Shown here one piece after another: positions 11,031 to 25,372 of a DNA stretch of 64,000 nucleotides. Made by a program: the position numbers and the translations under genes. Every line of letters begins with the position of its first letter. Within the stretch, counting starts at the first letter, position 1. The DNA comes from Mizuhopecten yessoensis (Eukaryota). The notes under the pieces are model-generated. The model did not search any database. It saw only the letters and a list, made by a program, of their open reading frames with translations, and was not told the origin of the DNA. The stretch spans positions 4,911 through 68,910 of the forward strand of contig NW_018479870.1 in assembly GCF_002113885.1 (NCBI RefSeq), given 5' to 3'.

Positions 11031-11474
11031 TAACGTCAGTTTGTGATGGGGGTGGGCTGGGGTGTATTACGTTTAAAGATTGCCTAGAGACAGCAAGGTC
11101 GGTCAAGCGCCAACTTATAGCCTTAGCTTAAACACGCACAAAAATAACATACAATCGGTCATATTTTCTAACTTCCATACTATTCCAAACTCCCAAGGAT
11201 AACAGTGAAACATGTATTTCGTATATAAAGAGTTTGTGAAATACAAGCTACAAAGACAAGTATCGCTGTAGTGTATTTGATACGATTATAACCACTCACT
11301 TCATATCAGGTAAAACACAGTGTGTTACGCACAAAGTGTGCTAGATTATGACACTTATATTTTATCAGCTATATATTATCAATAACGTGACTGACGACGT
11401 GTAACAAAAGTATACCGATAGGAGAAGATCTCGACAAAAATATCATTTTTATCTGAGAGCATCATCGTGAGACA

Positions 11475-13028
11475 ATGGAGTGTGCCACACATACAGGTGA
11501 GAAAGTGTTCGTGGTGTGTAAATCATGTGACAGGATCCCCTTTGTCTGTGGAGTTTGCCTTGAAGAGGAGCATGCAGAGCACAAACTACAGACATTGAGG
11601 AACGCCGCTCAGTCTATCCGACAGAATCTGGAACAGGTAGAAACCGAGAATGGTCAGGTGTTTAAAGAAATCAAATCGGATCTAGATGGTCTAACCGAAA
11701 TCAGAGAGGATCTGAAACAGGATGCTTCTAACATAGATGATGAGATAGCGAAACGTGCTGATATTATCAGAAGTAAAATCGACGAAGTCAACACGGAAGT
11801 AATACAGAAACACATAACGGAACTCGGTAAGAACGCGGAGTCCATTGACAGAACGAAGGAAACTCTGAAACAACAGGTGTCCCAAATAGACACGTTCAAG
11901 ATGAAGGTAGCTTAGCTACAAAAGATGACCGACTACGTAGACGTTATTAAGTTGGGAAGGGATGTGGAGGTGCCGGATACCAACCGCGTCCCCAGACCGG
12001 ACATACAAGTCCTAATATTCATTCCCGGGGGTATCAGGGAGGGAGAACTGAAACGATTGTTTGGAGGTATTAAAGGGGCATTTGATAACGGTAACAATGA
12101 CGCTACTACGGTCACATGTGATGACAGGGCAGAGGGGAATGACGATAAAACCAACATGTCTGACTTTGTTGGCTCGATTAAAAGAGAAGCATGCATCAAA
12201 CTAACACCAATTGCCTCTTTTAATCACTCTAAACATGATGGTATACATGCTATGTTTTGTCCTGGATCAGGAACTGGCTTGTTTAAATTTGAGGGTAAAA
12301 ACAGTGTCAAACTTTGCAACAGATCCGGAAATATTAAAGCAGCTATCAATCTAGGAACTAAGACTGAAGGATTTACTGTCACTTCAGATAACAGGCTACT
12401 ATTCTGTTGTACAAGTCAGCAGTGTATCAAGGAGATGGAGCTGCCTAATGGCGATATTACAGAGACGTTCAGCACTAGTCCACTGACACCTAGCTATATA
12501 TGTACAGGTCCGTCTGGGGACATATATGTGACAATGTACGACGAGCATGATTATGACGTAACAGACGACAGTACCCGTGTGTTGGTCCGGTACGACAGTC
12601 AGGGGCGCAACAAAACCCAGTGTCAGGTTGATGGTAATGGTAGAAACATCTTTGTTGTACCATGTAAAGTCTGTGTGAACAGAAGTGGCACCCAAATAGC
12701 GGTTATTAACCACGTAAATGAAAGACGCAGTGAACTAGTTGTACTTGACAAGTACCTATCTCCTATATTGATTTATACAGGACCCAGCGTGTTGACCGGG
12801 GACGCCCTAGCAGGGTATGTTCTCTCTTGTGTTGTATTTGATACAAGAGACAATATTTGGATAGCTGAATGTTACAGCAAAACTGTGAAGTTACTGAGTC
12901 CAACCTGTGAGCCACTTCAGGTTCTGCTGACCATGGAAACTTCACCATGGTCCTTGTCCTTGCACGGGGATGAGGTTTGGGTCGGAGATGGCTAGGGAAA
13001 AGTACAGATCTTAAGGTATTCTTACTAA
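11475..13028 (+). pseudogene. TRIM-like copy 3, near-identical to copy 10, with two nonsense mutations
   Basis: TAG at 11913-11915 (CAG in copy 10) and TAG at 12993-12995 (GAG in copy 10). Confidence 0.9.
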
Positions 13029-15059
13029 GGTATGTTAACGCTACAGTATGATCGAACATATGTTACCAAATTGTTTAGTCATAATTGATGTAATTATATC
13101 TTTGATATGGTTCACCACTCAGTCAATGTCACAATCGAAGATATCAGGAAAAGAATACACCATATGAGAAAAAGTTGATTTTAAGCTATATGAATGTGAT
13201 CCCATTGATGATTAAGTGATTGGTCAGGTTAAGATTTGCGCTATTGATTACATAAAACAGCTCCACTATCAATATTTTCCAACAACGTAAACCAATATTG
13301 GCTACCATATTTTAACATAATTATTAACTACAGCAACAGTTTTTCGAGAAATGTACAAAACTGCACATTTACGTCATCAATATATTATCGTCAGTGAGAA
13401 ACTGATTTATGTCACTGATCAACATCATAGGCTAATCTGATAAAAGTAGTTAACATTAAGTCAACAAAATGTACGTAATTAAGACATATCCAAAACCAAT
13501 TAGAAGTCATAATAAGATATTTACATCTTGCCATTACCAACTATGCAAATGAAAATTCACGTTTCTTTGTAGATAATTCCTCGATGACTTCCGTGGGAAT
13601 CTCCGTCCCAATATTGATTATTATGGACTGACGACAGTATCGGAAAAAGCGATACCAAATACAATATTGAAATATGGTCATACAGGTGATTAGGTGTATG
13701 GAAAGGAGATGAGAGATATTTGGTGAATTGGAAAAGAGAGGCCAGATACAAAACATATAGTAATTGGGTGCCCGCGGAAGGTATCCAGATTATTGAGTGC
13801 GTGAGAAATGGTATGCAGAAGAAGACAACATGAGATCATATATCCAGTGGACAGATCACTTGGTTTATCGAGATGGCCAGTGTTCGATTCGCTCACCGAC
13901 GTGAAAAGTAAAAGGGTAACCTGCCCGATCACGTGGGGTTTCCGGCTTCTTCCTCACCACGACCCTCAGCACGCTATCCTCCGGGCCAGCAACATGTATA
14001 TGGGGAGTGTTGGGGAGGGTTATTGAATATAATATGCAGTCGAGGATGACCGCAAAATTAAGACTGTTTTGAGAATGTCAACATATACAGTGTGTGAAAT
14101 GTGGGAGATTTAGAATATTTTTGCTGATTTTTTTAGTACATAATTAAGCACTGATATGGAACTGACGAACTTTTTAAGTTCTGAATGAGAGCCCGCAGAA
14201 GTTCACATGGCCCTGAATAACGATGGCTAGCCATTTAATAGTTGATTTATCGATCGAATTTTACCAGAATTCATTAACGATTCTAAAATATCAGATAAGA
14301 AAATCCTGCACAATGACATAATCTGGAAACATTGAATTAGGCTTAATGTATGTTTTTAACACAATTGAGAGATGGGAATATGTTTTCTATGTAAATATCT
14401 ATATGGAATTGTATAACGAGGCAATGTAGTGTGATATCGTACTTTGAATGAAAGTTTAACTGGTTTCATTAAATAGGCTCATTGCAAACAATAGCCTTAC
14501 ATCTGACTTTTGCAATAAATATTGTCAATTTGATCAACATTTGGCCACAAAGAAAGATAATATAATGAACAGACAGTATCAATGTCTACATAGCCTGCAA
14601 ATTTGTTTTTTTAAACAACCAGTCAAGACTTTGGGATTAATGAATTATTCATAGTAAGGTTACTCAAATTTGATTTTTATTTTAATCTCGAATGTGAATT
14701 AACTTACCTTCCTTCCTCATCAGTGATAAGATGAACTGCTTCAGCTATTGTGTAGTCACTGGTAAAAAGTATTAGGGTATTATTAGGGTATAAAATGTAG
14801 GTTCTATCCATTTTATAATGTATATTCCAAATAAAATGCTTTTAAAATCTAAACGGTTTTTTTCTTTTCTTTCCATTTGAACATTTCAGTGTTTCCCCTT
14901 TAAGTAATACGCGTTGTGGGCGTTTATCGTGATAATTAAGTGTACATTAAGGGCCAAAAATCAATAATCTTCCCATTGATCACTCAAACCAACACAACGT
15001 GTGACAAAAGATGATACAATCTACAGGCGAAAAAACCACAGCGTCAAAGCGAAAACAGC

Positions 15060-15650
15060 AGGGACATAGTCAGAACACAACGGTGACAAGGTGAGAACAC
15101 TACGGTGACAGGGTGAGAACACCATAGTGACAAGGTGAGAACACGGCGGTGACAGGGTGATAACAACACAGTGTGAGGGTGAGAAAACATCACGTGACAG
15201 AATGAAAACATCACGTGACATGGTGAGAACACCACACTGACAGGGTGAGAACACAACAGTGACAGAGTGAGAACAGCAAAGTGGAAGGGTGAGAACATGA
15301 CAGTGACAGGGTGAGAACACCATAGTGACAGAGTAAGAACAGCAAGGTGACAGGGTGGGAACACCACAGTGACAGGGTGAGAACACGACGATGACAGGGT
15401 AATAACACGACAACAAAAGAGTGAACACGACAGTGACAGAGTGAGAACAAGACAGTGACAGGGTGAGAACACGACAGTGACAGGGTGAGAACACGACGAT
15501 ATCAGTGTGAGACCAACACAGTGACAGAGTGAGAACACGACAGTGACAGGTAATAACACGACAATGCCAGGGTGAGAACATGATGGTGACAGAGTGAAAA
15601 CACTACGGTGACAGGGTGATAACACCACAGTGACAGAGTGAGACACGACG
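15060..15650. repeat. 22-bp minisatellite (GTGACAGGGTGAGAACACGACG), medium array
   Basis: Tandem degenerate units. Same left flank as the arrays at about 41466 and 54160. Confidence 0.95.
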
Positions 15651-16830
15651 AATGAAAAATGAAGTGCATTAAAAACATAAAATGGAGCTTGGTAAGAACA
15701 TGGAAGCCATAGACAAAACAGAACAAGCTCTGAAGCAACAGTTTTCCCAGATTGCCACATTCCAGAGGAAGGTGGTTCAGCTTAAAAACATGAACGATTA
15801 TGTAGACATAATCGTAACAGGCAGAAATGTGGAGGTCCCACAAAGCAGCAGACGCATCCCCAGGCTAGACATACACGCCCTGGTGTTCCTCCCCGGGGCT
15901 GTCAGGGACGGAGAACTTGAACGAATGTTTGGGAGTATTTAAGGGGCATCTGATCATGCCAATAACAATGAGAATAAAAGGGACAAGTCATCCGACTTTT
16001 TTGGTTTGATCGAAAGGAAATCAAAAATCAAAGTTAGGCCAGTTACATCATTTAAACTTTCAAAAACATGTTGATGTAGATAATATGTTTTGTCCTAAAT
16101 CTAAAGTTTGCTGGCTAAAATGCCAGGATAAAAGCTGTGTTAAACTGTCCAAGAGGTCTGGAGAAATTAAACAAGTTATTAACCTGGGAACTAGGTCGGA
16201 TGGATTTACTGTACGTGCAGATAATAAGCTTCTGTTCTGTTGTACACTACAGAAATGTATCAAGGAGATCGCTCTACCAAATGGTGAGATTACAGAAAAG
16301 TTCATCACCTGTCCTCTCACACCAAACCGTATATGTACAGATCCATCTGGGGACATATATGTAACACTATGCGACGAAAATGACTATGAAGTAACAGATG
16401 ACAGTACCCGTGTGTTGGTCCGATACGACCGGTGGGGGAAGAGGCGGCTCGTTGTCAGGCTGATGGATATGGAGGAAGCCAGGTTGTTGTACCAGATGAC
16501 GTCTGTGTGAACAACACGGGCACCCGAGTAGCGGTCATTAACCTTAAAAGTGACAGACGCAGAGAACTAGTTGTTCTTGACGAAGACCTATCTCCTGTTT
16601 TAATCTGTACAGGACCCAGGATATTGATTGGGAATTTCCTGGCAGGGTATAGTCTCTATTGTGCGGTTATTGATACGAGAGAAAATATGCAGTTACTGAG
16701 TCAATCGTGCGAGCCATTGAAAGTCCTGCTCACCATGAACACTACACCATGGGCCATGACTATACAGGGAAATGAGGTTTGGATTGGAGACGATAAAGGA
16801 AAAGTACTGATCTTCAGGTATTCTTACTAA
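15651..16830 (+). pseudogene. TRIM-like copy 4 (copy 11 type), 5'-truncated and frameshifted
   Basis: Starts abruptly in the coiled coil, fused to the minisatellite. Stop at 15940-15942, frameshifts near 16065 and 16435, internal deletion near 16685. Confidence 0.9.
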
Positions 16831-16866
16831 AAGGTAAGTTAACGTTAGGAAAGGTAAAAATTCAAA

Positions 16867-16943
16867 GGCCAGACTGGAATTCGAACCCAGGACCTACAAA
16901 GTCTACTCTAGACAGACACTTTAGCCAATTGAGCGACCTGGTC
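16867..16943 (-). mobile_element. tRNA-like SINE head (Pol III A and B boxes); paralogues at 22589-22665, 43896-43972 and 61078-61154
   Basis: Minus strand reads GACCAGGTCGCTCAATTGGCTAAAG...GGGTTCGAATTCCAGTCTGGCC followed by a T run. The anticodon loop is non-canonical. Confidence 0.65.
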
Positions 16944-18620
16944 ACGGGTGCAAGGTTTAAATTGACCAAAGTTGAAAGTGAAACTTGAGCCAGTTTTTTG
17001 TGTTATAAATGGAACTAGGGAGCTAATTAAAAATCTTTTTTATTTACTCAATGAAAATGAAGCCCATGGAAAAGTGAACCATATGGAAATATATGCATTA
17101 TTCACTAAGATATATTAAGGTTTGATATAATTAGATTATTTAGATAACATAGGTCAAATTTTGGAAAAAGGGTCGCAGTGATCTTTAATTCAGAAACTTG
17201 ACCATGGTCTTACCAACAATATTCCTCAAAAAGTGTTGTACAGATACTTCTCGGTTTTATAAACACCGACATTTCTCAGATTTTGAAGTTTTCCATTGGG
17301 CCTATTTTTTTGTATACGTTTTCCTTTTATCGTAGTAATGCAACATCACGTTTGTTGATATGTAGAACAATATAAACACCGGGCTGCCATCTTTGATGTC
17401 ATGGTCAAAGAAGTACAGGCCAGGATCTTTCTCAGATTTTGTACATAGGGTCCCATGGGTCCCAGTAGTTTAACAGTACCTTAACTTGCAGGTATGAAGG
17501 GAAATGTTGCTGCAAGGCTCCAATCATTGATTTCAGTGTCAAAGTTTGTTGCTGCTATTTCTCTGAAAGTATTGGACACGTGTCTTTTTTTTAAATGCAG
17601 TACACATTCTTCCCTGGGTCCTATAGTTAAGCAACATCACATTTGTTTGTGAATAGGAAAAACAATATTGCCACCAGCCTTTCTCAAATTTTGTACACAG
17701 GCTACCCTTGGGTTCCAGTTATGCAATCCCAACTTGATACTTTGCCAAATTCAAAGGTCAGATCGCAGACCAACAGGTTGAAATATACATAATTATCAAA
17801 ATCAGTACCAAACTCTTTTTATCAGATCAATATGCCTGATGCACAGCAACATCTGATATTGATAACCCCTATCTGACCGAGTGGTTGTTAAGACACCATA
17901 TCAATCTGTTGTAAACACTGCCATCCACTTCGATGGCCCTTCCATCGTCAATATCAGTGTTAACCTGTTTTAACCTTCGCATACTGTACTCTCCGTTAAC
18001 AATTAAGATATCATTGTCAAAGCACTTCTATCAATAAAAATCCTGGGCTTCCTTAAGTCACTCTGTTATCCGTTGGGGGTTTTGTTGGCTTGTTCAGGGT
18101 TTTACCTCCACGAAACAGCTAACACTGTTCACAGATGATAGGGCTAATGAAGTGCCATCTCGCTGAAAACGTCCTAAACTTCACTTGGTCAAATTACTTT
18201 GACAACTTCTGACACCACAGAAAAGACATACAATGTAGAGATTCCATGGAAGCAGCAGGTCAAGTTTGGTTTCTGCAATTGACAAGACCAATAAATGTAC
18301 AGTGTACATACAGGACAATGAGATTAGACACCGGGTTATACCTACGCTACTGGTCGCCTCCTTCACCTTATCTCAGTCGTTTAACAGAAGCAATTCTAAT
18401 GAAATATTTTGTATTTAAGTTGTTTTCAATAATTGTCAAATTTCCTCGGAGAAGAACCGACCCTGGGTATATGAAAACGACTTGTGATCCTGTTGTCACT
18501 TCAGACTTTAATATAGATATATAACGTTATGGGGAGGTAGCTCCCTCCACGTTTGTGTATTATAAACTTGTTATTAACAATTCCTATTAAATGATAAAAT
18601 GGCATATAAAGTGGCAATGA

Positions 18621-19630
18621 TTTTTTTTAGCTCACCTGGTCCGAAGGACCATGGTGAGCTTATGCCATACCGCAGCGTCCGTCGTCCGTCGTCCGCCCGT
18701 CCATCAACTTTTCCTTTAAAACGCTACTAGTCCTGAACAGCCGAGTAGACTTTGACTAAATTTGGTCTGGAGCATTCTTAGGCCAAGGGGACTCAATTTT
18801 GTATATATGGTGGGTGTGGCCCTCCTGGGGGCAAAAGGGCCGGGGCCCAATAGGGGAAATAGAGGTTAACCCTTCAAAATCCTTCTTCTACCCTAGGGAT
18901 TAAGGGATTTTATCCTAATTTAGTCTGGAGCATCTCGGGCCAGGGAACTCAATTTTGTATAAATGGTGGGTGTGGCGCCCCATGGGGCAGATGGGCGGGG
19001 TCGAATAGGGGAAATAGGTAAAACCTTCAAAATCCTTCTCCTACCGTAGGGATTAAGGTATTTTATCCTAATTTAGTCTGGAGTATCCTTGGGCCAAGTG
19101 GACTCAATTTTGTATAAACCGTGGGTTTGGCCCCCCAAGGGCCTGAGGGGCTGGGCCCAATAGGGGAACATAGCAAATTATTCTTTAAAATCCTTCTACT
19201 TCTGTAGGAATGACAGGATTTGGTCCATATTTGGTGTTGAGCATCCTTGGTCTAAGAGAAACCAATTTTGTATAAACGGTGGGTCTGGCCCCCTTGGGGG
19301 CTGAGGGGCGGGGCTCAATATGGGAAATATAGCAAATTCTTAAAAATCCGTCTTCTTCTGTAGGAATGACAGGATTTATTTCATATTTAGTCTGAAACAT
19401 CCCTGGGTGAAGGGGTACCAATTGTATAAACCAGGGGCCTGAGGGGCGGGGCCCAATAGGGGAAACATAGCAAATTATTCTTTAAAATCCTTCTTCTTCT
19501 GTAGGAATGAAAAGATTTTGTCCATATTTTCTGAAATTTCATATGTACTTACAGCACCTACCATGGAGTGCTATATTTTTACTTCATACCAATTATTTTT
19601 AACATATTCAGGTGAGCGATACAGGCCCTA
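18621..19630 (+). mobile_element. Helentron-associated non-autonomous element (HINE) with internal ~155-bp tandem repeats
   Basis: T-run then AGCTCACCTG..GGTGAGCT stem, (GTCC/GTC)n microsatellite, central repeats, 3' CAGGTGAGCGATACAGGCCC. Confidence 0.85.
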
Positions 19631-20367
19631 CTGTTTTATTGCCTGTAGTAACTATAAATTAAAAAGTGTTTTCTTAATTCTAAGTAAAACTCATCGTTTT
19701 TGAGACGTTTGGGTCGATAGAACAGCATGCTATTCATACCGACCTATTGAAATATGTGACCGATATGTAACGAAACATTACTAGTGTTGGGGAGGGTTAT
19801 CGAATTAATATGCAGTCGAGGATGACCGCAAAATTAAGACTGTTTTGAGAATGTCAACATATACAGTGTGTGAAATGTGGGAAATTTAGAATATTTTGGC
19901 TGATTTTTAGTACATAATTAAGCACTGATATGGAACTGACGAATTTTTTAAGTTCTGAATGGGAGCCCGCAGCAATTCCCATGACCCTAAATAACGATGG
20001 CTAGCCATTTATTAGTTGATTTATCGATCGATTTTTACCAGAATTCATTAACAATTCTAAAATATCAGATAAGAAAATCCTGCACATATGAAAGACAAAC
20101 TTTGCTAAAAAAATGACATAATCTGGAAACCTTGAATTAGGCTTATTGTATGTTGTTAACACAATTGAGATATCTATATGGCATTGTATAACGAGGCAGT
20201 GTAGTGTGAATGAAAGTTTAACTGGTTTCATTAAATAGGCTCATTGCAAAACAATAGCCTTACATCTGACCTTTGCAATAAGTATTGTCAATTTGATCAA
20301 CATTTGGCCACAAAGGAAGATAATATAATGAACAGACAGTATCAATGTCTACATAGCCTGCACATTT

Positions 20368-20493
20368 GATCGTATGATCATTGGCGTGTCAATTTTACCG
20401 AAAGTCGATCAAAATACCTTAAACATGTAAAAATACTCTGAACACCTTAGTTTAGGTCCAACTATAACTGTAACAAATTCTCAGGTCCCTGTG
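20368..20493. mobile_element. Right half of the CACAGGG foldback MITE
   Basis: Matches about 58290-58417 and begins at the palindrome centre. Confidence 0.8.
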
Positions 20494-20730
20494 ATAAATA
20501 AAACAAACTGACTATTTCATAGCATGGACTTTTCGTAGTTGGTGTTATCACAGAATTCAGATTGCAAGAATAGACTATAGGACTACTAAAAATCCTATAG
20601 CTAGTGGGTTAATCCAGTCAGTCACGGATTTTGGCAATTTTACTTTTAGAAAATGGTAAAATCCCGGACTCGGGTGACTTGATTAACCCACCACCACCGG
20701 TAGGCCTACTATAGCTGTTAAGAATAATGT

Positions 20731-21354
20731 TAACAGTACCCAAATCGGGACACTTTTAAGTGAAATAATGATGTATTTCATACCGTAGTACCGATCCCAG
20801 TGATTTTTGTTCACTTTTCCTAAATAGATATCATTATCTTTTCATTTTGATAACAAGTTAATATTTCCGGCACGTGGTTCTATAAATAGAACCGGAAATA
20901 TAGTCATGATTACGTAATCGCGAAACAGGTGAAGCTGTACCCAAATCGGGACACCCCTACCAGTTTTGGCTAACATTTGGAGATGAAAAAAGTATTTAGC
21001 AGAACATGGCATATTTTTGGAATATTTAAGAGCCAAGAGTCGTTCTGAATGAATTTCTTTTCCAAACTACCACTGTGAAATAGTAGGATTGTGAAGAGTC
21101 ACATTCAAAAATTGAAAATCAATAACGTCGCATATATATGGCGCATCAATTTAGAACGTTACATTTTCGTCATTATTTACAAACTAAAACTGTGGTTGTA
21201 ACCGTAAGTGGCAGTAAATAAAGTTCATATAATGGTTTATTGGTATATAAGTATCTTTAAATCAATATGTTCAACTTAAAGTCCTTCTTTGCACAGCATG
21301 CACATTTCTTGTGACTTTTTCCTGAAGTGTCCCGATTTGGGTACTGTGGCGTTA
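20731..21354. mobile_element. MITE with TIR CAGTACCCAAATCGGGACACTT (paralogue 58655-59279)
   Basis: Inverted copy AAGTGTCCCGATTTGGGTACTG at the right end and an internal direct copy near 20937. Confidence 0.8.
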
Positions 21355-21615
21355 TAGTGTTGTGACCTGTTAAAGTTTCTGGCAGACCTACAAATATGGC
21401 TTCGACCAAAGTTAAAATACGTTATTATGACCTCCCGGTTTCCCTCCAAGACTTAAAATCGCAAACAAACGGTGCCCGCGAGTAAACTACAACTACACCC
21501 ATGCGCACACGATGGCGCGCAGTCCACAGGTCGCGTCACTGTATTTCCTGGGCACGGTAATTTGTGTGACACCGGAATACGAACCAGGCACGTGCTGTTT
21601 AGAAGTCTAATGAAA

Positions 21616-22552
21616 ATGGAGTGTGTTTACCACAAAGATGATACTGTCATAATGGTATGTACTCACTGTGACAAGTATCCATTTGTGTGTGCTATTTGTG
21701 TGGAGGAAGATCATGCTGAACACAAACTCGCGTCATTGAGATCTGCCGCACAGTCAATCCGACAAGAGTTGGAGCAGGCACAGTCAAACAATTTACATGT
21801 GTTTGAGGAAATCAAGTCTGATCTGGACAATCTCGCCAAAATCAGAGAGAATCTGCAACAGGGAGCACATCTTGTGGAAAATCAAATGGTGAAACGTCAC
21901 AATATTATGAAAAGTGAAGTCGACACTGTGAAAAGTGAAGTGCATTATAAACATAAAATGGAGCTTGGTAAGAACATGGAAGCCATCGGCAAAACGGAGC
22001 AAGCTCTGAAGCAACAATTTCCCAAATTGCCACATTCCAGAGGAAGGTGGTTCAGCTTAAAAACATGAACGATTATGTAGACATGATCGTAACAGGTAGA
22101 AATGTGGAGGTCCCACAAAGCAGACGCATCCCCAGGCTGGACATACATGTCCTGGTGTTCCTCCCCGGGGCTGTCAGGGATGGAGAACTTGAACGAATGT
22201 TTGGGAGTATTAAAGGGGCATCTGATCATGCCAATAACAATGAGAATAAAAGGGACAAGTCATCCGACTTTTTTGGTTTGATCGAAAGGAAATCAAAAAT
22301 CAAAGTTACGCCAGTTACATCATTTAAACTTTCAAAACATGTTGGTGTAGATAATCTAAAATGCCAGGATCAAAACTGTGTTAAACTTTCCAAGATACGA
22401 GAGACAATATGCATTTACTGAGTCAATCGTGCGAGCCTTTGAAAGTCCTGCTCACCATGAACACTACACCATGGGCCATGACTATACAGGGAAATGAGGT
22501 TTGGATTGGAGACGAGAAAGGAAAAGTACTGATCTTCAGGTATTCTTACTAA
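21616..22552 (+). pseudogene. TRIM-like copy 5 (copy 11 type) with a frameshift and a large propeller deletion
   Basis: 1-nt deletion near 22020. Most of the propeller is deleted at about 22393. Confidence 0.9.
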
Positions 22553-24343
22553 AATGTAAGTTAACGTTAGGAAAGGTAAAAATTCAAAGGCCAGACTGGA
22601 ATTCGAACCCAGGACCTACAAAGTCTACTCTAGACAGACACTTTAGCCAATTGAGCGACCTGGTCACGGGTGTAAGGTTTAAATTGACCCCAATTGAAAG
22701 TAAAACTTGAGTCAGTTTTCAGTGTTATAAATGGAACTAGGGAGCTAATTAAAAATCTTTTTTATTTACTCAATAAAAATGAAGCCCATGGAAAAGTGAA
22801 CCATATGGAAATATATTCACTATTCACTAAGATATTATGTTTGATATAATTAGATTATTTAGATAGCATAGGTCAAATTTTGGAAAAAGGGTCGCAGTGA
22901 TCTTTAATTCAGAAACTTGACCATGGTCTTACCAACAATATTTCTCAAAAAGTGTTGTACAGATACTTCTCGGTTTTATAAACACCGACATTTCTCAGAT
23001 TTTGTACAGGTTTTCCATTGGGCCTAGTTTTTTGTATACGTTTTCCTTTTATCGTAGTAATGCAACATCACGTTTGTTGATATGTAGAACAATATAAACA
23101 CCGGGCTGCAATCTTTGATGTCATGGTCAAAGAAGTACAGGCCAGGATCTTTCTCAGATTTTGTACATAAGGTCCCATGGGTCCCAGTAGTTTAAAAGTA
23201 CCTTAACTTGCAGGTATGAAGGGAAATGTTGCTGCAAGGCTCCAATCATTGATTTCAGTGTCAAAGTTTGTTGCTGCTATTTCTATGAAAGTATTGGACA
23301 CGTGTCTTTTTTTTAAATGCAGTACACATTCTTCCCTGGGTCCTATAGTTAAGCAACATCACATTTGTTTGTGAATAGGAAAAACAATATTGCCACCAGC
23401 CTTTCTCAAATTTTGTACACAGGCTACCCTTGGGTTCCAGTTATGCAATGTCAACTTGATGCTTTGTCAAATTCAAAGGTCAGATCACAGACCAACAGGT
23501 TGAAATATACATAATTATCAAAATCAGGAACAAACTCTTTTTATCAGATCAATATGCCCGATGCACAGCAACATCTGATATTGATAACCCCTATCTGACC
23601 GAGTGGTTGTTAAGACACCATATCAATCTGTTGTAAACACTGCCATCCACTTCAATGGCCCTTCCATCGTCAAGATCAGTGTTAACCTGTTTTAACTTTC
23701 ACATACTGTACTCTCCTTTAACAATTAAGATATCATTGTCAAAGTACCTTTATCAATATAAATCCTGGGCTTCCTTAAGGCACTCTGTTATCCGTTGGGG
23801 GTTTTGTTGGCTTGTTCTGGGTTTTAACTCCACGAAACAGCTAACACTGTTCACAGATGACAGGGCTAATTAAGTGCCATCTCGCTGAAAACGTCATAAA
23901 CTTCACTTGGTCACATTACTTTGACAACTTCTGACACCACAGAAAAGACATACAATGTAGAGATTCCATGGAAGCAGCAGGTCAAGTTTGGTTTCTGCAA
24001 TTGACAAGACCAATAAATGTACAGTGTACATACATGACAAGGAGATTAGACACCGGGTTATACCTACGCTACTGGTCGCCTCCTTCACCTTATCAGTCGT
24101 TTAACAGAAGCAATTCCAATGAAATATTTCGTATTTAAGTTGTTTTCAATAATTGTCAAATTTCCTCGGAGAAGAACCGACCCTGGGTATATGAAAACGA
24201 CTTGTGATCCTGTTGTCACTTCAGTGGAGAAATATAGATATATAACGTTATGGGGAGGTAACTCCCTCCACGTTTGTGTATCATAAACTTATTATTTACA
24301 ATTCCTATTAAATGATAAAATGGCATATAAAGTGGCAATGAAG

Positions 24344-25372
24344 TTTTTTTTAGCTCACCTGGTCCGAAGGACCATGGTGAGCTTATGCCATACCGCAGCG
24401 TCCGGCGTCCGTCGTCCGTCGTCCGCCCGTCCATCAACTTTTCCTTTAAAAACTACTAGTCCTGAACAGCCAAGTAGATTTTTACTAAATTTGGTCTGGA
24501 GCATTCTTAGGTCAAGGGGACTCAATTTTGTATATATGGTGGGTGTGGCCCTCCTGGGGGCAGAGGGGCGGGGCCCAAAAGGGGAAATAGAGGTTAATCC
24601 TTGAAAATCCTTCTTCTACTCTAGGGATTAAGGGATTTTATCCTAATTTAGTCCGGAGCATCCTTGGGCCAGGGGACTCAATTTTGTATAAATGGTGGGT
24701 GTGGCGCCCCTTGGGGCAGATGGGCGTGGCCGAATAAGGGAAATAGGTAAAACCTTCAAAATCCTTCTCCTACCGTAGGGATTAAGGGATATCATCCTAA
24801 TTTAGTCTGGAGTATCCTTGGGCCAAGTGGACTCAATTTGTATAAACCGTGGGTTTGGCCCCCCAAGGGCCTGAGGGGCTTGACCCAATAGGAGAACATA
24901 GCAAATTATTCTTTAAAATCCTTCTACTTCTGTAGGAATGATAGGATTTGGTCCATATTTGGTGTTGAGCATCCTTGATCTAAGGGAAACCAATTTTGTA
25001 TAAACGGTGGGTCTGGCCCCCTTGGGGGCTGAGGGGCGGGGCCCAATATGGGAAATATAGCAAATTCTTAAAAATCCGTCTTCTTCTGTAGGAATGACAG
25101 GATTTATTCCATATTTAGTCTGAAGCATCCTTGGGTGAAGGGATACCAATTTGTATAAACCAGGGGCCTGAGGGGCGGGGCCCAATAGGGGAAACATAGC
25201 AAATTATTCTTTAAAATCCTTCTTCTTCTGTCGGAATGAAAAGATTTGGTCCATATTTTCTGAAATTTCATATGTACTTACACCACCTACCAATGAGTGC
25301 TATATTTTTACTTCATACCAATTATTTTAAACATATTCAGGTGAGCGATACAGGCCCTCTGGGCCTTTTGTT
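24344..25372 (+). mobile_element. HINE element, duplicate of 18621-19630, with an intact 3' hairpin GGCCCTCTGGGCC
   Basis: Same structure and flanks as the first copy, so it was copied by segmental duplication. Confidence 0.85.

Noticed and set aside
16867-16943. Functional tRNA gene
   Set aside because: The anticodon loop lacks the invariant U33 and the stems are imperfect. A SINE head explains it better.
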